From the NCBI GenBank assembly GCA_937975655.1, contig CALJTZ010000423.1:1-37176 (forward strand): a stretch of 37,176 bases of DNA. The letters are read 5' to 3'. Shown here piece after piece: positions 1 through 7,885 of this stretch. Under the pieces are notes generated by a model, which ran no database searches, was not told the DNA's origin, and saw only the letters and a program-made list of their open reading frames with translations. Every line of letters begins with the position of its first letter. The stretch's first letter is position 1. The stretch is from an uncultured Synechococcus sp. (GTDB taxonomy: Bacteria > Cyanobacteriota > Cyanobacteriia > PCC-6307 > Cyanobiaceae). Both the position numbers and the translations under genes were made by a program.

Positions 1-633
1 CTGGTCGCAGGCCGGCGTTTTCTCTTCCAGCGCTTTTGTAGCCGCTTCCTTGAGTGCCTTGCCCTCGGCGACCAGGGCCGCGGCCTTACCCTGCTCCACC
101 AGCGCCAAGGCATACGGGGCCGTCTCGGGGTCCAGTTCGTAGTTGCTGCGCTCGGCATTGAAGCGAAACCCATAGGGCGCCGCTGGCCCCAAGGGGATCA
201 GCTGCTTGCGTTGAAAGGCCCGGCCGTGGCTGACCCGCTCGCTGATCCGCTCGCTTTCGGCCTGGCCCAGGTTGATCAGCATCCTCGCCACCAGGCGCCC
301 GCCGATGGTGGCCAGGTCCAGAGAGTCGTCGAGGGCCAGCAGGCTCGGCGTGTCTGGCGCTGAGAAGTAGGTCAGCAGCTTGGCGCCGTGGGCCATGGAC
401 CGGGTGAGCCGATCCAGCCGGGTGCAGATGACCCGATCCACCTCCCCGCGCCTGCAGGCCTGCAGGAGTCGCCCGAGTTGGGGGCGGTCGTCCCGCGTGC
501 CAGAGGCGACATCTATATATTCCTGCCGCTCGCAATCAGCCGCCGCAACGCGCAGGCGATCCAGCTGCTGAACCAGGGCCAACTCTTGCTCTTCGCTGGC
601 GCTGGAGACCCTGGCGTAGAGGGCGACGCGCAT
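1..633 (-). CDS. Serine recombinase (resolvase/large serine integrase family), 3' end outside window; missing from the ORF track
   Basis: Manual translation from ATG 633: MRVALYARVSSASEEQ...YIDVASGTRDDRPQL...TRLDRLTRS...ESERISERV...APYGF. Has the catalytic YARVS, SG and DRLxR motifs plus the PYG entry to a recombinase domain; open to base 1. Confidence 0.93.
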   Translation of the reverse strand, partial: MRVALYARVSSASEEQELALVQQLDRLRVAAADCERQEYIDVASGTRDDRPQLGRLLQACRRGEVDRVICTRLDRLTRSMAHGAKLLTYFSAPDTPSLLALDDSLDLATIGGRLVARMLINLGQAESERISERVSHGRAFQRKQLIPLGPAAPYGFRFNAERSNYELDPETAPYALALVEQGKAAALVAEGKALKEAATKALEEKTPACDQ

Positions 634-661
634 GTAATTCGGCCCTTCATAGGCTACGGTA

Positions 662-701
662 GCGGGAAGCTAACCCCATCTGGATGGGGTTGGTGACCCG
701 C
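662..701. repeat. 40-bp imperfect inverted repeat around a central TG; candidate serine recombinase site or operator
   Basis: GCGGG-aagct-AACCCCATC-TG-GATGGGGTT-ggtga-CCCGC, 28 bp upstream of the recombinase start. Confidence 0.6.
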
Positions 702-719
702 CACTCCCCGAGAAAGCGC

Positions 720-947
720 ATGAACACTGCGACCTCCCTGACTGCTGCCCAAATCCGCGAGCTGCTGCTTTGCCTCGATGACGCCTCGCCGCTCATGGGC
801 CTGCGCTCGGCGCAGGACTGCCTGGAGCACCTGCTGGGCTATTTCGAGCTGCCGGAGACTGTGCGCCTGCAGTTACAGGCTTGCCAGGCTCACATGAGTC
901 AGGCCGAATTACACGTCCGCATGGCCGCTACGGGCGCTGGCGCGTGA
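720..947 (+). CDS. Hypothetical phage protein
   Basis: ORF MNTATSLTAAQIRELL...; divergent from the recombinase. Confidence 0.6.
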   Translation: MNTATSLTAAQIRELLLCLDDASPLMGLRSAQDCLEHLLGYFELPETVRLQLQACQAHMSQAELHVRMAATGAGA

Positions 948-1050
948 GTCAGATCTGCAGCACCTTGATTGGATCCCCGCTAGCGGAGCTTTATGTTGTT
1001 GCTATTCGCTAGTCCGCCTCTCCGCCGGCTAGCGCCATGGAGCCTCCCCC

Positions 1051-1266
1051 ATGACCGCCACCAAGCCCTCCCTTGCCTTTGTCTCCCGCAGCCCTAAGCG
1101 GGTGTCCGTCACCGTCAGCCACGGCGTTCTGTCGCGGCTGCAGACCATCTCTGACGAGCAGGGCCGATCCACCAGCAACCTGGCCGCCTACCTGCTGGAG
1201 GTGGCCCTTGATGCGATGGAGGGCAAGCCACCGATCCCCAAGCGCTGGCCTGGCAGCAGCCTGTGA
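1051..1266 (+). CDS. Ribbon-helix-helix (CopG/Arc-like) DNA-binding protein
   Basis: KRVSVTVS beta strand followed by LSRLQTISDEQGRSTSNLAAYLLE helix-helix pattern. Confidence 0.8.
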   Translation: MTATKPSLAFVSRSPKRVSVTVSHGVLSRLQTISDEQGRSTSNLAAYLLEVALDAMEGKPPIPKRWPGSSL

Positions 1267-1269
1267 CCG

Positions 1270-1290
1270 AGCCCCGCAAGGGGCTTTTTT
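1270..1290 (+). terminator. Intrinsic terminator
   Basis: AGCCCC-GCAA-GGGGCT followed by a T run, directly after the RHH stop. Confidence 0.85.
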
Positions 1291-1749
1291 CATGCCCACC
1301 GATCCGGTGCTCGCCTCGGGGTACCCGCCCCGGCTGCCACGGCCTAAGCCCAGACAGCGGAAGACCTCCCGGTTGGCGCCGAGAGGGACTTCCAAAACAC
1401 GCCAGTTCCGCTCGGTTTCTAAGGCGGATCGGAGCTGGCTCCACGACCCCTAACGGAGCCGAGACAAGGCTAGCCCTCAGGCCATCAAGCGAAAGGGCCC
1501 CGGTTGCACCCGGAGCCCTTCCTGAAAACCCAGACCCCGCCCTCGCCTGAGAAACGAAAGGGGTACTGGACACCACGGCCCGGGAGGGCCGCCTTATGCC
1601 CAACAGTACGTGGCTTAGAGGGCCTGCGCAATCGCCAGCACCCGATCCGGTGCTAGGCTTCCCTAGTCGGAAGAGATGAGCAGTGCTCACCACCGACTCC
1701 ACCCCAGCCGCCGGCCGTGTGCGCCGCCCTGGGAACCCCGAGCTTTGTC

Positions 1750-1938
1750 ATGACCACCATCACCGCAGCCCTGTGGCTGCTGCTGTTCCCCCTGGCTGTG
1801 CTGCTGGGCGTATTGCTCTGGTGCAGCGAGAGCCGCGAGCAACGCATCCGCCGCTGGCACCGTGCTGGCCGCAGTCAGCGCTCGATTGCCGAGGCCTTGG
1901 GGATCAGCCGCTATGCCGTGCGCCAGGCGCTGCCCTAA
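1750..1938 (+). CDS. Small protein with an N-terminal transmembrane segment and a C-terminal HTH
   Basis: Hydrophobic ALWLLLFPLAVLLGVLLW, then GRSQRSIAEALGISRYAVRQAL. Confidence 0.7.
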   Translation: MTTITAALWLLLFPLAVLLGVLLWCSESREQRIRRWHRAGRSQRSIAEALGISRYAVRQALP

Positions 1939-2049
1939 AGCGCGACCCATGGGACCCAGCTGCTAGGCCGCTGCAGTCTTGCAGCATTGGCTAGCGCCCG
2001 CTAGTTTCTGCGGTAGCTCAGGGCTACGGCAGCGCTACCGCTTCCACCC

Positions 2050-2820
2050 TTGAGCCCTACCGCAGACCTACCGCCCGTGCCACAGCTGAATTTCAAGATT
2101 TCGGCGGACCTCCTCGACAGGATTGATGCCGCTAAGCCCGACTTCCTAGACAGGAAGGGCTTTATCTGCCTCCTGCTCACTCAGCAGTTGACAGGGGGGA
2201 GTAAGTTACCCGCGTACTGTGTCGGTGCGGGAACCCAGCAGTCCAATGGGTTTCTGGCTGTCACGTCATTCGATGCTGAGCTAGGTCGCTCTGCCTCGGA
2301 CGCCTCTGCCGCACCTCAAGCGGCTGTTGAGGCTGTCCCCCTCGAAATTGACCACCCTCTTGAACCCAAAAAAAAACCAGGCGCGATTTCTGAAATCGAT
2401 GGCTTGGTCGATGAGCTGCTGGTGACCCCTCGGGAGCGTGGCACCAACCCCAAGGCAAAGGGCACCAACCCCAAGGCGAAGCGCGATCCCTACTCCAAAC
2501 GGCAGATCGACCTAGACCTTGTGCCGGCTGACCTGCTCGATTGCCAGCAGCTGCTGCCGGAGTTCTGGGCGGTCAAAAAGGGCACCCGATCCCAGGGCGT
2601 CTGGAACCGGGTCTGCAACAAGCTGCGGGAGTGGAGCGCAGAGCAGCGGCAGGAGGCCCTGGAGCGGGCCATTGCCAGCGGCTGGGGCGATGTCTTTGAA
2701 CCGCCTTCCATTCGGGCTAGCGCTGGGCAGCCTGGCGGCTACGTGGACTCGATCACCCGCGACCGTCAGACCAGGGACAGCTTCCTGGCCATGTTCAGCA
2801 CTGCCGAGGAGGCCGCATGA
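2050..2820 (+). CDS. Putative replication initiator-like protein with an N-terminal RHH-like segment
   Basis: Early-module position; QLNFKISADLLDRID at the N-terminus; C-terminal FWAVKKG...ALERAIASGW pattern of phage replication proteins; internal tandem repeat; start codon uncertain. Confidence 0.6.
   Translation: MSPTADLPPVPQLNFKISADLLDRIDAAKPDFLDRKGFICLLLTQQLTGGSKLPAYCVGAGTQQSNGFLAVTSFDAELGRSASDASAAPQAAVEAVPLEIDHPLEPKKKPGAISEIDGLVDELLVTPRERGTNPKAKGTNPKAKRDPYSKRQIDLDLVPADLLDCQQLLPEFWAVKKGTRSQGVWNRVCNKLREWSAEQRQEALERAIASGWGDVFEPPSIRASAGQPGGYVDSITRDRQTRDSFLAMFSTAEEAA
2440..2481 (+). repeat. 2 x 21-bp tandem repeat (GTNPKAK) inside the replication gene
   Basis: GGCACCAACCCCAAGGCAAAG / GGCACCAACCCCAAGGCGAAG; an A9 tract lies at 2368-2376. 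Confidence 0.85.
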
Positions 2821-3212
2821 TCACCGAGAAAGACTTCTGCAGCGTGCTCCTGGCCCTGAGCCGCACCCTGCCGCGCTTCAAGGCCTGGGATGAGATGGCC
2901 ATGTCCCTGGCGTGGATGACCTTCCCTGAGAAGGCCAAGCAAGACCTGACCCGTGAGGTGTTCCTGTATGCCGCCGGCCAGCGCCGCCTCGACCCCAGCC
3001 CCCCCGATGACGTGCCGCTGGACCTGCAGCTGCTGAACTACGTCTACCGCAACCGTGACGGCCGGGCCTGCGTGGACTGGGGCTTAAAGGCGGACCTGCC
3101 GGATCGCATGAGCCGCCCCAACGTGTTCAACCCGCAGCCGGTGCCAGGGCAGGTGGTGCTGCCGCCAGAGGAGCCAGTGACGAACCCGCTGCTGCAGGGG
3201 GTGCGCTGGTGA
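2817..3212 (+). CDS. Hypothetical protein, replication-module partner
   Basis: ATGA overlap with the upstream gene; GC3-rich codons. Confidence 0.75.
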   Translation: MITEKDFCSVLLALSRTLPRFKAWDEMAMSLAWMTFPEKAKQDLTREVFLYAAGQRRLDPSPPDDVPLDLQLLNYVYRNRDGRACVDWGLKADLPDRMSRPNVFNPQPVPGQVVLPPEEPVTNPLLQGVRW

Positions 3213-3541
3213 CCCTGGGACCCCTCTTTGCCTTCTCTGCTAGCGCTAGCGAGACTGCCAGGGATCATGCCCTAGCCCAGGTGAGCAGCCATGCCGGACT
3301 GGAGTTCAAGGAAGCCGCCCAGGCCGTGATCCTGGAGCAGCTCTCAGGCACGGAATGCCTAGCTGAGGAGATGCGCCGCGTCTGTGAAGAGGCCGGTGTT
3401 GTGCCCCACCACCACAACGCTTGGGGCGGGCTGACCAATCAGCTGGTGCGGGCCGGGATCCTGATCGACACCGGGCGCTTGGCCAAGAGCACCTGCGTGC
3501 GCAGCCACGGCCGCCGCCAGCCGATCTGGAGGGTGCGCTGA
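3209..3541 (+). CDS. Hypothetical protein (winged-helix-like)
   Basis: GTGA overlap; PHHHNAWGGL...SHGRRQPIW. Confidence 0.75.
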   Translation: MTLGPLFAFSASASETARDHALAQVSSHAGLEFKEAAQAVILEQLSGTECLAEEMRRVCEEAGVVPHHHNAWGGLTNQLVRAGILIDTGRLAKSTCVRSHGRRQPIWRVR

Positions 3542-4038
3542 TGCAACGACCATTTGATCTCTCGGCCGTCCAGGCCCTCCTCCAGCGCGGCATCACCGCC
3601 GGCCATTGGACTCTCGAACAGCTCGACTACCCCTCCCCCAACTACGAGCAGCAGCTGATCGACGCTCGGCGCTCCCCCTACTTCACCCCCAACTACGAGC
3701 CGCCCACCCCCTATGCCAACCCCCTCCGCAAGCCCAACACCGGCCAAGTCGTCCAGCCCATCGACCCCCGCGACTTTGACCTGGCTGCAGCCACTAGGCC
3801 TAACGAGGGACAGCGAGACGTGGACCTACCGCCTCTCCAGTGGCCACCAGTTCCCGGTGAGCACCACCGGCCTGATCTCAGCCGTGACCAAGACCCCGCA
3901 GCAGATGGAGGCGATCATGGCGACCAAGCACATCTGGCAGCCACGGGGCGACTTGGCGCACCGGGCCCTAGAGGTGATGGTCCACCAGCGGTGGAACCCC
4001 GCACCACCCGCTGGCCTGCAGGCGCCGCACCCTTCTGA
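3541..4038 (+). CDS. Hypothetical protein overlapping the nuclease gene
   Basis: TGATG coupling at 3541; MQRPFDLSAVQALLQRGITAGHWTLEQLDYPSP. Confidence 0.55.
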   Translation: MQRPFDLSAVQALLQRGITAGHWTLEQLDYPSPNYEQQLIDARRSPYFTPNYEPPTPYANPLRKPNTGQVVQPIDPRDFDLAAATRPNEGQRDVDLPPLQWPPVPGEHHRPDLSRDQDPAADGGDHGDQAHLAATGRLGAPGPRGDGPPAVEPRTTRWPAGAAPF

Positions 4039-4420
4039 CTACGCCGACTGGATCAACCCGCTGCTGTCCCACGAGCTGTGGGATCGCATCACCGTGGTGG
4101 GCGCCGAGGTGATGGCCTACAGCCTGCGCCGCAACGTGGCCGGCACCGCTGACCTCGTGATCCGCTTCCAGGACGGCAGCTACGGCATCGCTGATCTCAA
4201 GACCCAGAGCAAGGCCACCAGCGTCCCCTACGACACCAGGCCCCAGCTCGGCGCTGGCGTGGAAATGATCGGCGACCACTACAGGCTGCCCATCAGCCGC
4301 TGCCTCACCCTCTGGTCCCGCCCCGGCAGCCTCAATATCCAGACCCATACAGCTGATGAGTGCCTGCAGGCCTGGCTGGACATCTGTGACCAGTACGCCC
4401 TGCGCTTTCGCCCCTTCTAG
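3713..4420 (+). CDS. PD-(D/E)XK exonuclease (Cas4/RecE-like superfamily)
   Basis: RGDLAHRALE, VAGTADLV, IADLKT and QLGAG motifs; the true start may be the TTG near 3776. Confidence 0.85.
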   Translation: MPTPSASPTPAKSSSPSTPATLTWLQPLGLTRDSETWTYRLSSGHQFPVSTTGLISAVTKTPQQMEAIMATKHIWQPRGDLAHRALEVMVHQRWNPAPPAGLQAPHPSDYADWINPLLSHELWDRITVVGAEVMAYSLRRNVAGTADLVIRFQDGSYGIADLKTQSKATSVPYDTRPQLGAGVEMIGDHYRLPISRCLTLWSRPGSLNIQTHTADECLQAWLDICDQYALRFRPF

Positions 4421-4643
4421 CTGCGGCTGATTAGCGGCACCTAGTCCAAGCCGCTGGGATCCCATGGCAGATTGGCTGCGCCGGGATGGCCTGAATACAA
4501 CACCCTCACGGGGAATTACGGCTGGTCGTGCGGACCATCGGAGTCCCGGCACCCATTGTTTCAGCTTCATAGCCCTAGCCTTCCCACTAGCGGCGCCTAG
4601 CGGTAGGATGGCGGCATGGGAGCGATCCCCCGCACACCTGCCC

Positions 4644-4856
4644 ATGGCAACCCTCTTTCATTTCGTCTCCCCCCAGTGGGATGACACCACCGACGAGCTG
4701 GATCTGGCCGCAGTCTTCGCCGATCTCCTCGCCGCTGCCCAGCCCTTCACCATCACCGCCGTCGAGCACCCAGACCTCGACCCGGCCGATGACTTTGACG
4801 ACTACAGCGCCCAGTGCCTGAGCGCCGCCGACCGCAACCCTTCTCTGTGCCGCTGA
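4644..4856 (+). CDS. Hypothetical acidic protein
   Basis: ATG 4644 downstream of a TAGGAT -10-like box (4604-4609); first gene of a coupled chain. Confidence 0.65.
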   Translation: MATLFHFVSPQWDDTTDELDLAAVFADLLAAAQPFTITAVEHPDLDPADDFDDYSAQCLSAADRNPSLCR

Positions 4857-5032
4857 TGACTAGCGCTAACGAGCAGCAGCTGCTGGCCGTCATCCTTGAA
4901 GACGCCATCACCTCTGACCTGCACGAGGAAGACGCCCTCGACTTCCTCGAAGACCACCGCATCTCCTACGGCTCCCACAGCCGCCAATACCTGATCACCC
5001 GCGCCTGGCAGCACGGCTGGAGGCCCGCGTGA
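4856..5032 (+). CDS. Hypothetical protein
   Basis: TGATG coupling; MTSANEQQLL... Confidence 0.65.
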   Translation: MTSANEQQLLAVILEDAITSDLHEEDALDFLEDHRISYGSHSRQYLITRAWQHGWRPA

Positions 5033-5196
5033 CCTACTTCATCACCTACGTGCCCACAGGCCCTGCCTACCCCTGTCACGCCGAGCAGCGCACCGAGTGG
5101 ATCACTCCCTCCGGCATGACCACCGAGCAGGCCACCACCGCCTTTCAGCAGCAATTCCCCACCGCCCTGATCGTCTCCTGCACCCCCAAGCCATGA
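5029..5196 (+). CDS. Hypothetical protein, 55 aa (below the ORF-track cutoff)
   Basis: GTGA and ATGA overlaps at both ends; MTYFITYVPTGPAY... Confidence 0.65.
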   Translation: MTYFITYVPTGPAYPCHAEQRTEWITPSGMTTEQATTAFQQQFPTALIVSCTPKP

Positions 5197-5354
5197 CATC
5201 CCCGACCCTTCCCTCTTTCCTCAAGCGCCAGCGATCTCAAGCCCGCAGCACCGCCGCCCAACAACTCCGCCGCCAGCAACGCCGTGTTGACTTCCTCCTC
5301 TTCCTCTATTCCTGCGCCCTCATCGCTTTCCTCGTCCACCTCGCCCTCTCTTGA
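5193..5354 (+). CDS. Small basic protein with a C-terminal transmembrane helix
   Basis: ATGA overlap; ends FLLFLYSCALIAFLVHLALS. Confidence 0.55.
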   Translation: MTSPTLPSFLKRQRSQARSTAAQQLRRQQRRVDFLLFLYSCALIAFLVHLALS

Positions 5355-5646
5355 CGCCACCCTCGACGAACTCACCCACCTCGCTGCTAGTGAAAAGGCC
5401 ATCCAAGCCCGACGCCAAATCCTCCTTAACGCATTGGATCAACTGGTGGAAGCGGGTGAGGCAGACGAGCAGATCGTTTGGAACGACTACAAGATCTCCC
5501 GCCGCATCCGCAAGTCCTACGTCTACCCCGAGCACATCACCGAACAGCGTGAAGCCGTTAAGGCGGCAGAACGACTATCGGTCGCCCTGGGCGAAGCCAC
5601 GCTGACCACCACCAGCTTCTGGGAAGTGCGCCAGCCCAAGCCATGA
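5284..5646 (+). CDS. Hypothetical phage protein (start uncertain)
   Basis: Helical ORF coupled to the next gene by ATGA. Confidence 0.7.
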   Translation: MLTSSSSSIPAPSSLSSSTSPSLDATLDELTHLAASEKAIQARRQILLNALDQLVEAGEADEQIVWNDYKISRRIRKSYVYPEHITEQREAVKAAERLSVALGEATLTTTSFWEVRQPKP

Positions 5647-5912
5647 CCACTGACATCACCGCAACGCTGGAAGAACGTGGCTCTCGCTATGGCATCTTCT
5701 CGGCCCATGCCAAGGTCACACAGGAACTCAAGCGGGTGATCTGCACTCACCAGAGGCGAACCCTGGCCGATGACCAGCAAGAGGCTCTGGACATGATCTG
5801 CCACAAAATCGGCAGAATCGTCAACGGCGATCCTGACTATGCGGACTCCTGGCATGACATTGCCGGTTATGCCCAGCTAGTCGCTGACCGTCTGAATGGG
5901 GTGAAACGATGA
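5643..5912 (+). CDS. DUF6378-like protein (nucleotide pyrophosphatase-like small helical family)
   Basis: TLEERGSRYG...EALDMICHKIGRIVNGDPDYADSWHDIAGYAQLV. Confidence 0.8.
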   Translation: MTTDITATLEERGSRYGIFSAHAKVTQELKRVICTHQRRTLADDQQEALDMICHKIGRIVNGDPDYADSWHDIAGYAQLVADRLNGVKR

Positions 5913-6145
5913 CCCACACGGCCACCATCCTTGCGGCATCGCCTTCAACGCTCGGCCACATCCTGCAACTCACCCACGCCTTCAACCTTCCGGCGGCTCT
6001 CACGGTCGCCACACTGATGCGCCATTGGCACTGTGATCAGTCCACGGTATCGCGTCGCCTCCAGGCCATCAGTTGCAGCAATCTCGCCTACATCCGCCGT
6101 ATGGCACGGGCGACGTACTGGATTGACCCCTTGGTGCTCACATGA
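5909..6145 (+). CDS. Putative HTH protein
   Basis: TVATLMRHWHCDQSTVSRRL; ATGA overlaps at both ends. Confidence 0.6.
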   Translation: MTHTATILAASPSTLGHILQLTHAFNLPAALTVATLMRHWHCDQSTVSRRLQAISCSNLAYIRRMARATYWIDPLVLT

Positions 6146-6468
6146 CCAAACACAAAGCCACGCCCGAGCAGTGGGCTCTGCTTGAAGAGCTAAGCGCCCC
6201 TGAGTACGACAGCACCATCCTCGAACTGCGCACCCGCGTTGAAGCCCTGGAAGCTGCCAACTCCAAACCAACTCCTAATCCAAGCCAAATTAGGAGGTCG
6301 CTGGTTGACCGGGTGGCCCGTGCAATCGGCCGAGACGACGAGCCCATCAACTGGGAGCCAGAAGCCCGCGCCGCGATCCTTGAGGTGGCGGCGTGGATGA
6401 CCAGCAACCCCGATGCTTACTTTCCGCCTGCGCTTGTCTTTGCGCTTGAGCAGGAGGTCGAACGATGA
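6142..6468 (+). CDS. Hypothetical phage protein
   Basis: Member of an ATGA-coupled chain. Confidence 0.7.
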   Translation: MTKHKATPEQWALLEELSAPEYDSTILELRTRVEALEAANSKPTPNPSQIRRSLVDRVARAIGRDDEPINWEPEARAAILEVAAWMTSNPDAYFPPALVFALEQEVER

Positions 6469-6680
6469 CCGACATAACCCGCTACAAGCTCGACGCCGCG
6501 TTCGCATCCCTGCGCAAGTTCGACCACCTCGCCAAGCCCGATGACTTCATCGAAGTGTCGCTATGGCACAACGGGGAAGGCTTTGATGCTCACCTGAGCA
6601 GCAGCGGCGAACAGTGCATCCGGCTCTCGTGGGGAGAGTTCAAGGCCCTGAAGAAACTTGTTAAGGAGCTGGATCAATGA
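6465..6680 (+). CDS. Hypothetical phage protein
   Basis: ATGA overlap, AGGAGG RBS. Confidence 0.75.
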   Translation: MTDITRYKLDAAFASLRKFDHLAKPDDFIEVSLWHNGEGFDAHLSSSGEQCIRLSWGEFKALKKLVKELDQ

Positions 6681-6952
6681 CACGCCTTATCTCCCCACCC
6701 GCCGAAATCATCCGCCAATGGGACGCCGAATGGGACGCCAACGGTACCGCCCATTGCGACAAGGCCCTCTACATCGCCGCTAAGGCTGCAACCTGGGGCG
6801 CCAAGACTGCCATTGAGTGCGCCCTGAAGGACACTGCCTCATGTCATTGGCGTGTTGCCGACGGCCCCGAAGATGGAGTACAGCTTGTGCGAGCCAGTGA
6901 TTTGGTGGCTTGGGCTGCTGCCATTGGCAAGCGTTACGAGGTGGAGCAATGA
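6677..6952 (+). CDS. Hypothetical phage protein (N-terminus similar to the next ORF)
   Basis: ISPPAEIIRQW...IAAKAATWGA. Confidence 0.7.
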   Translation: MTRLISPPAEIIRQWDAEWDANGTAHCDKALYIAAKAATWGAKTAIECALKDTASCHWRVADGPEDGVQLVRASDLVAWAAAIGKRYEVEQ

Positions 6953-7317
6953 CCAACCCTGTAACCCCACCGCCGGAGCTGGTGCAGCAGTGGGTTGCCG
7001 AAATCTGGCATGAAGGCACACCCGTCCGCGTCTCACTCAGCGATGAGCACATTGCCACCCGCGCTGCCCAATACGGCGCCGACCAGGAGCTGCAGGCGTG
7101 TTGTCAGTGGCTGGAGCCCCGCCTGAATCCGGCGTCAATTGATGATTTCCGCGCTGCCCGTCGCCCCAAGTCGCCGAGCCTGAAGGAGCAGGCGCTGAAA
7201 GTTCTTGAAAGCGTTGCAGTTCACGAGCTTTACGGCAATGCAACAGCCGATAACCGCCTGTCTGCCGATGACATGAGAACCATCCGCCGCGCCCTGGAGG
7301 CCCTGCCCGATGACTGA
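6949..7317 (+). CDS. Hypothetical phage protein
   Basis: VTPPPELVQQW...IATRAAQYGADQEL; ATGA overlap. Confidence 0.75.
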   Translation: MTNPVTPPPELVQQWVAEIWHEGTPVRVSLSDEHIATRAAQYGADQELQACCQWLEPRLNPASIDDFRAARRPKSPSLKEQALKVLESVAVHELYGNATADNRLSADDMRTIRRALEALPDD

Positions 7318-7885
7318 CCCCACCCCCACCGACTGGCGAGCGCTGTGCGCTGAGCTGGCGAAACAACTGGAGGGATGGCAGTGTTACGCAAGCCCGGATG
7401 GCCCCAACGCTGAGGTGCTGGCCCGCGCCCGCGCCGCCCTGGCCCAGCCCGAGCCGCAAGAGGCAATGATTCCAGATCAATACAAAGGGTATCAAGTGCA
7501 TGTGTACCGAGCCGGATTTCATGCTGGCTACACGCATGGACTGACTCGGGCTAATGCAGCCCTGGCCCAGCCCGAGCCACAGGTGCCAACGGATGAGGAG
7601 CTGCTGTCCGCTTACGACGAGTTTGATCTTGCCGACAGTGGCGACGATGATGTGCTGGTTCGTGGCCTTCGCGCCGTTCTCGCCCGCTGGGGCACCCCCG
7701 CCATCGAGCCGGTGCCCGTCGCTGAGCGGCTGCCGGGGTGGCGGGATTGCGATAAAAACGACTGTGTTTGGGTCGAAGAACCAGACAGGTATGTTTTACG
7801 CCCTATAGAAAAGTCTGACATTAGGCAGAACCGACGGTGGCTCCCCCACCACGCGCTGCCGGTGCCGCAGCAGGAGGCTGAGTGA
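7310..7885 (+). CDS. Mosaic hypothetical protein with an internal ALAQPEP repeat
   Basis: 20-bp direct repeat GCCCTGGCCCAGCCCGAGCC at 7436 and 7559. Confidence 0.75.
   Translation: MTDPTPTDWRALCAELAKQLEGWQCYASPDGPNAEVLARARAALAQPEPQEAMIPDQYKGYQVHVYRAGFHAGYTHGLTRANAALAQPEPQVPTDEELLSAYDEFDLADSGDDDVLVRGLRAVLARWGTPAIEPVPVAERLPGWRDCDKNDCVWVEEPDRYVLRPIEKSDIRQNRRWLPHHALPVPQQEAE

Noticed and set aside
1..95. Apparent change in character of the recombinase sequence after ALALVEQ, suggesting a junction or chimera
   Set aside because: Only about 30 codons are visible and the frame stays open; cannot be distinguished from normal divergence
663..672. CGGGAAGCTA matches the late-promoter motif
   Set aside because: It lies in the early region inside the 40-bp dyad; ambiguous, so not counted among the 14 copies
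86..696. ORF-track entries 86..535, 380..571 and 388..696
   Set aside because: Alternative-frame or antisense shadows of the serine recombinase at 1..633 (minus)
2188..2220. TTGACA -35-like hexamer within the replication gene
   Set aside because: No correctly spaced -10 element
4480..4555. Canonical tRNA gene
   Set aside because: No TTC T-loop and no proper D or anticodon arms; kept only as a structured-RNA candidate
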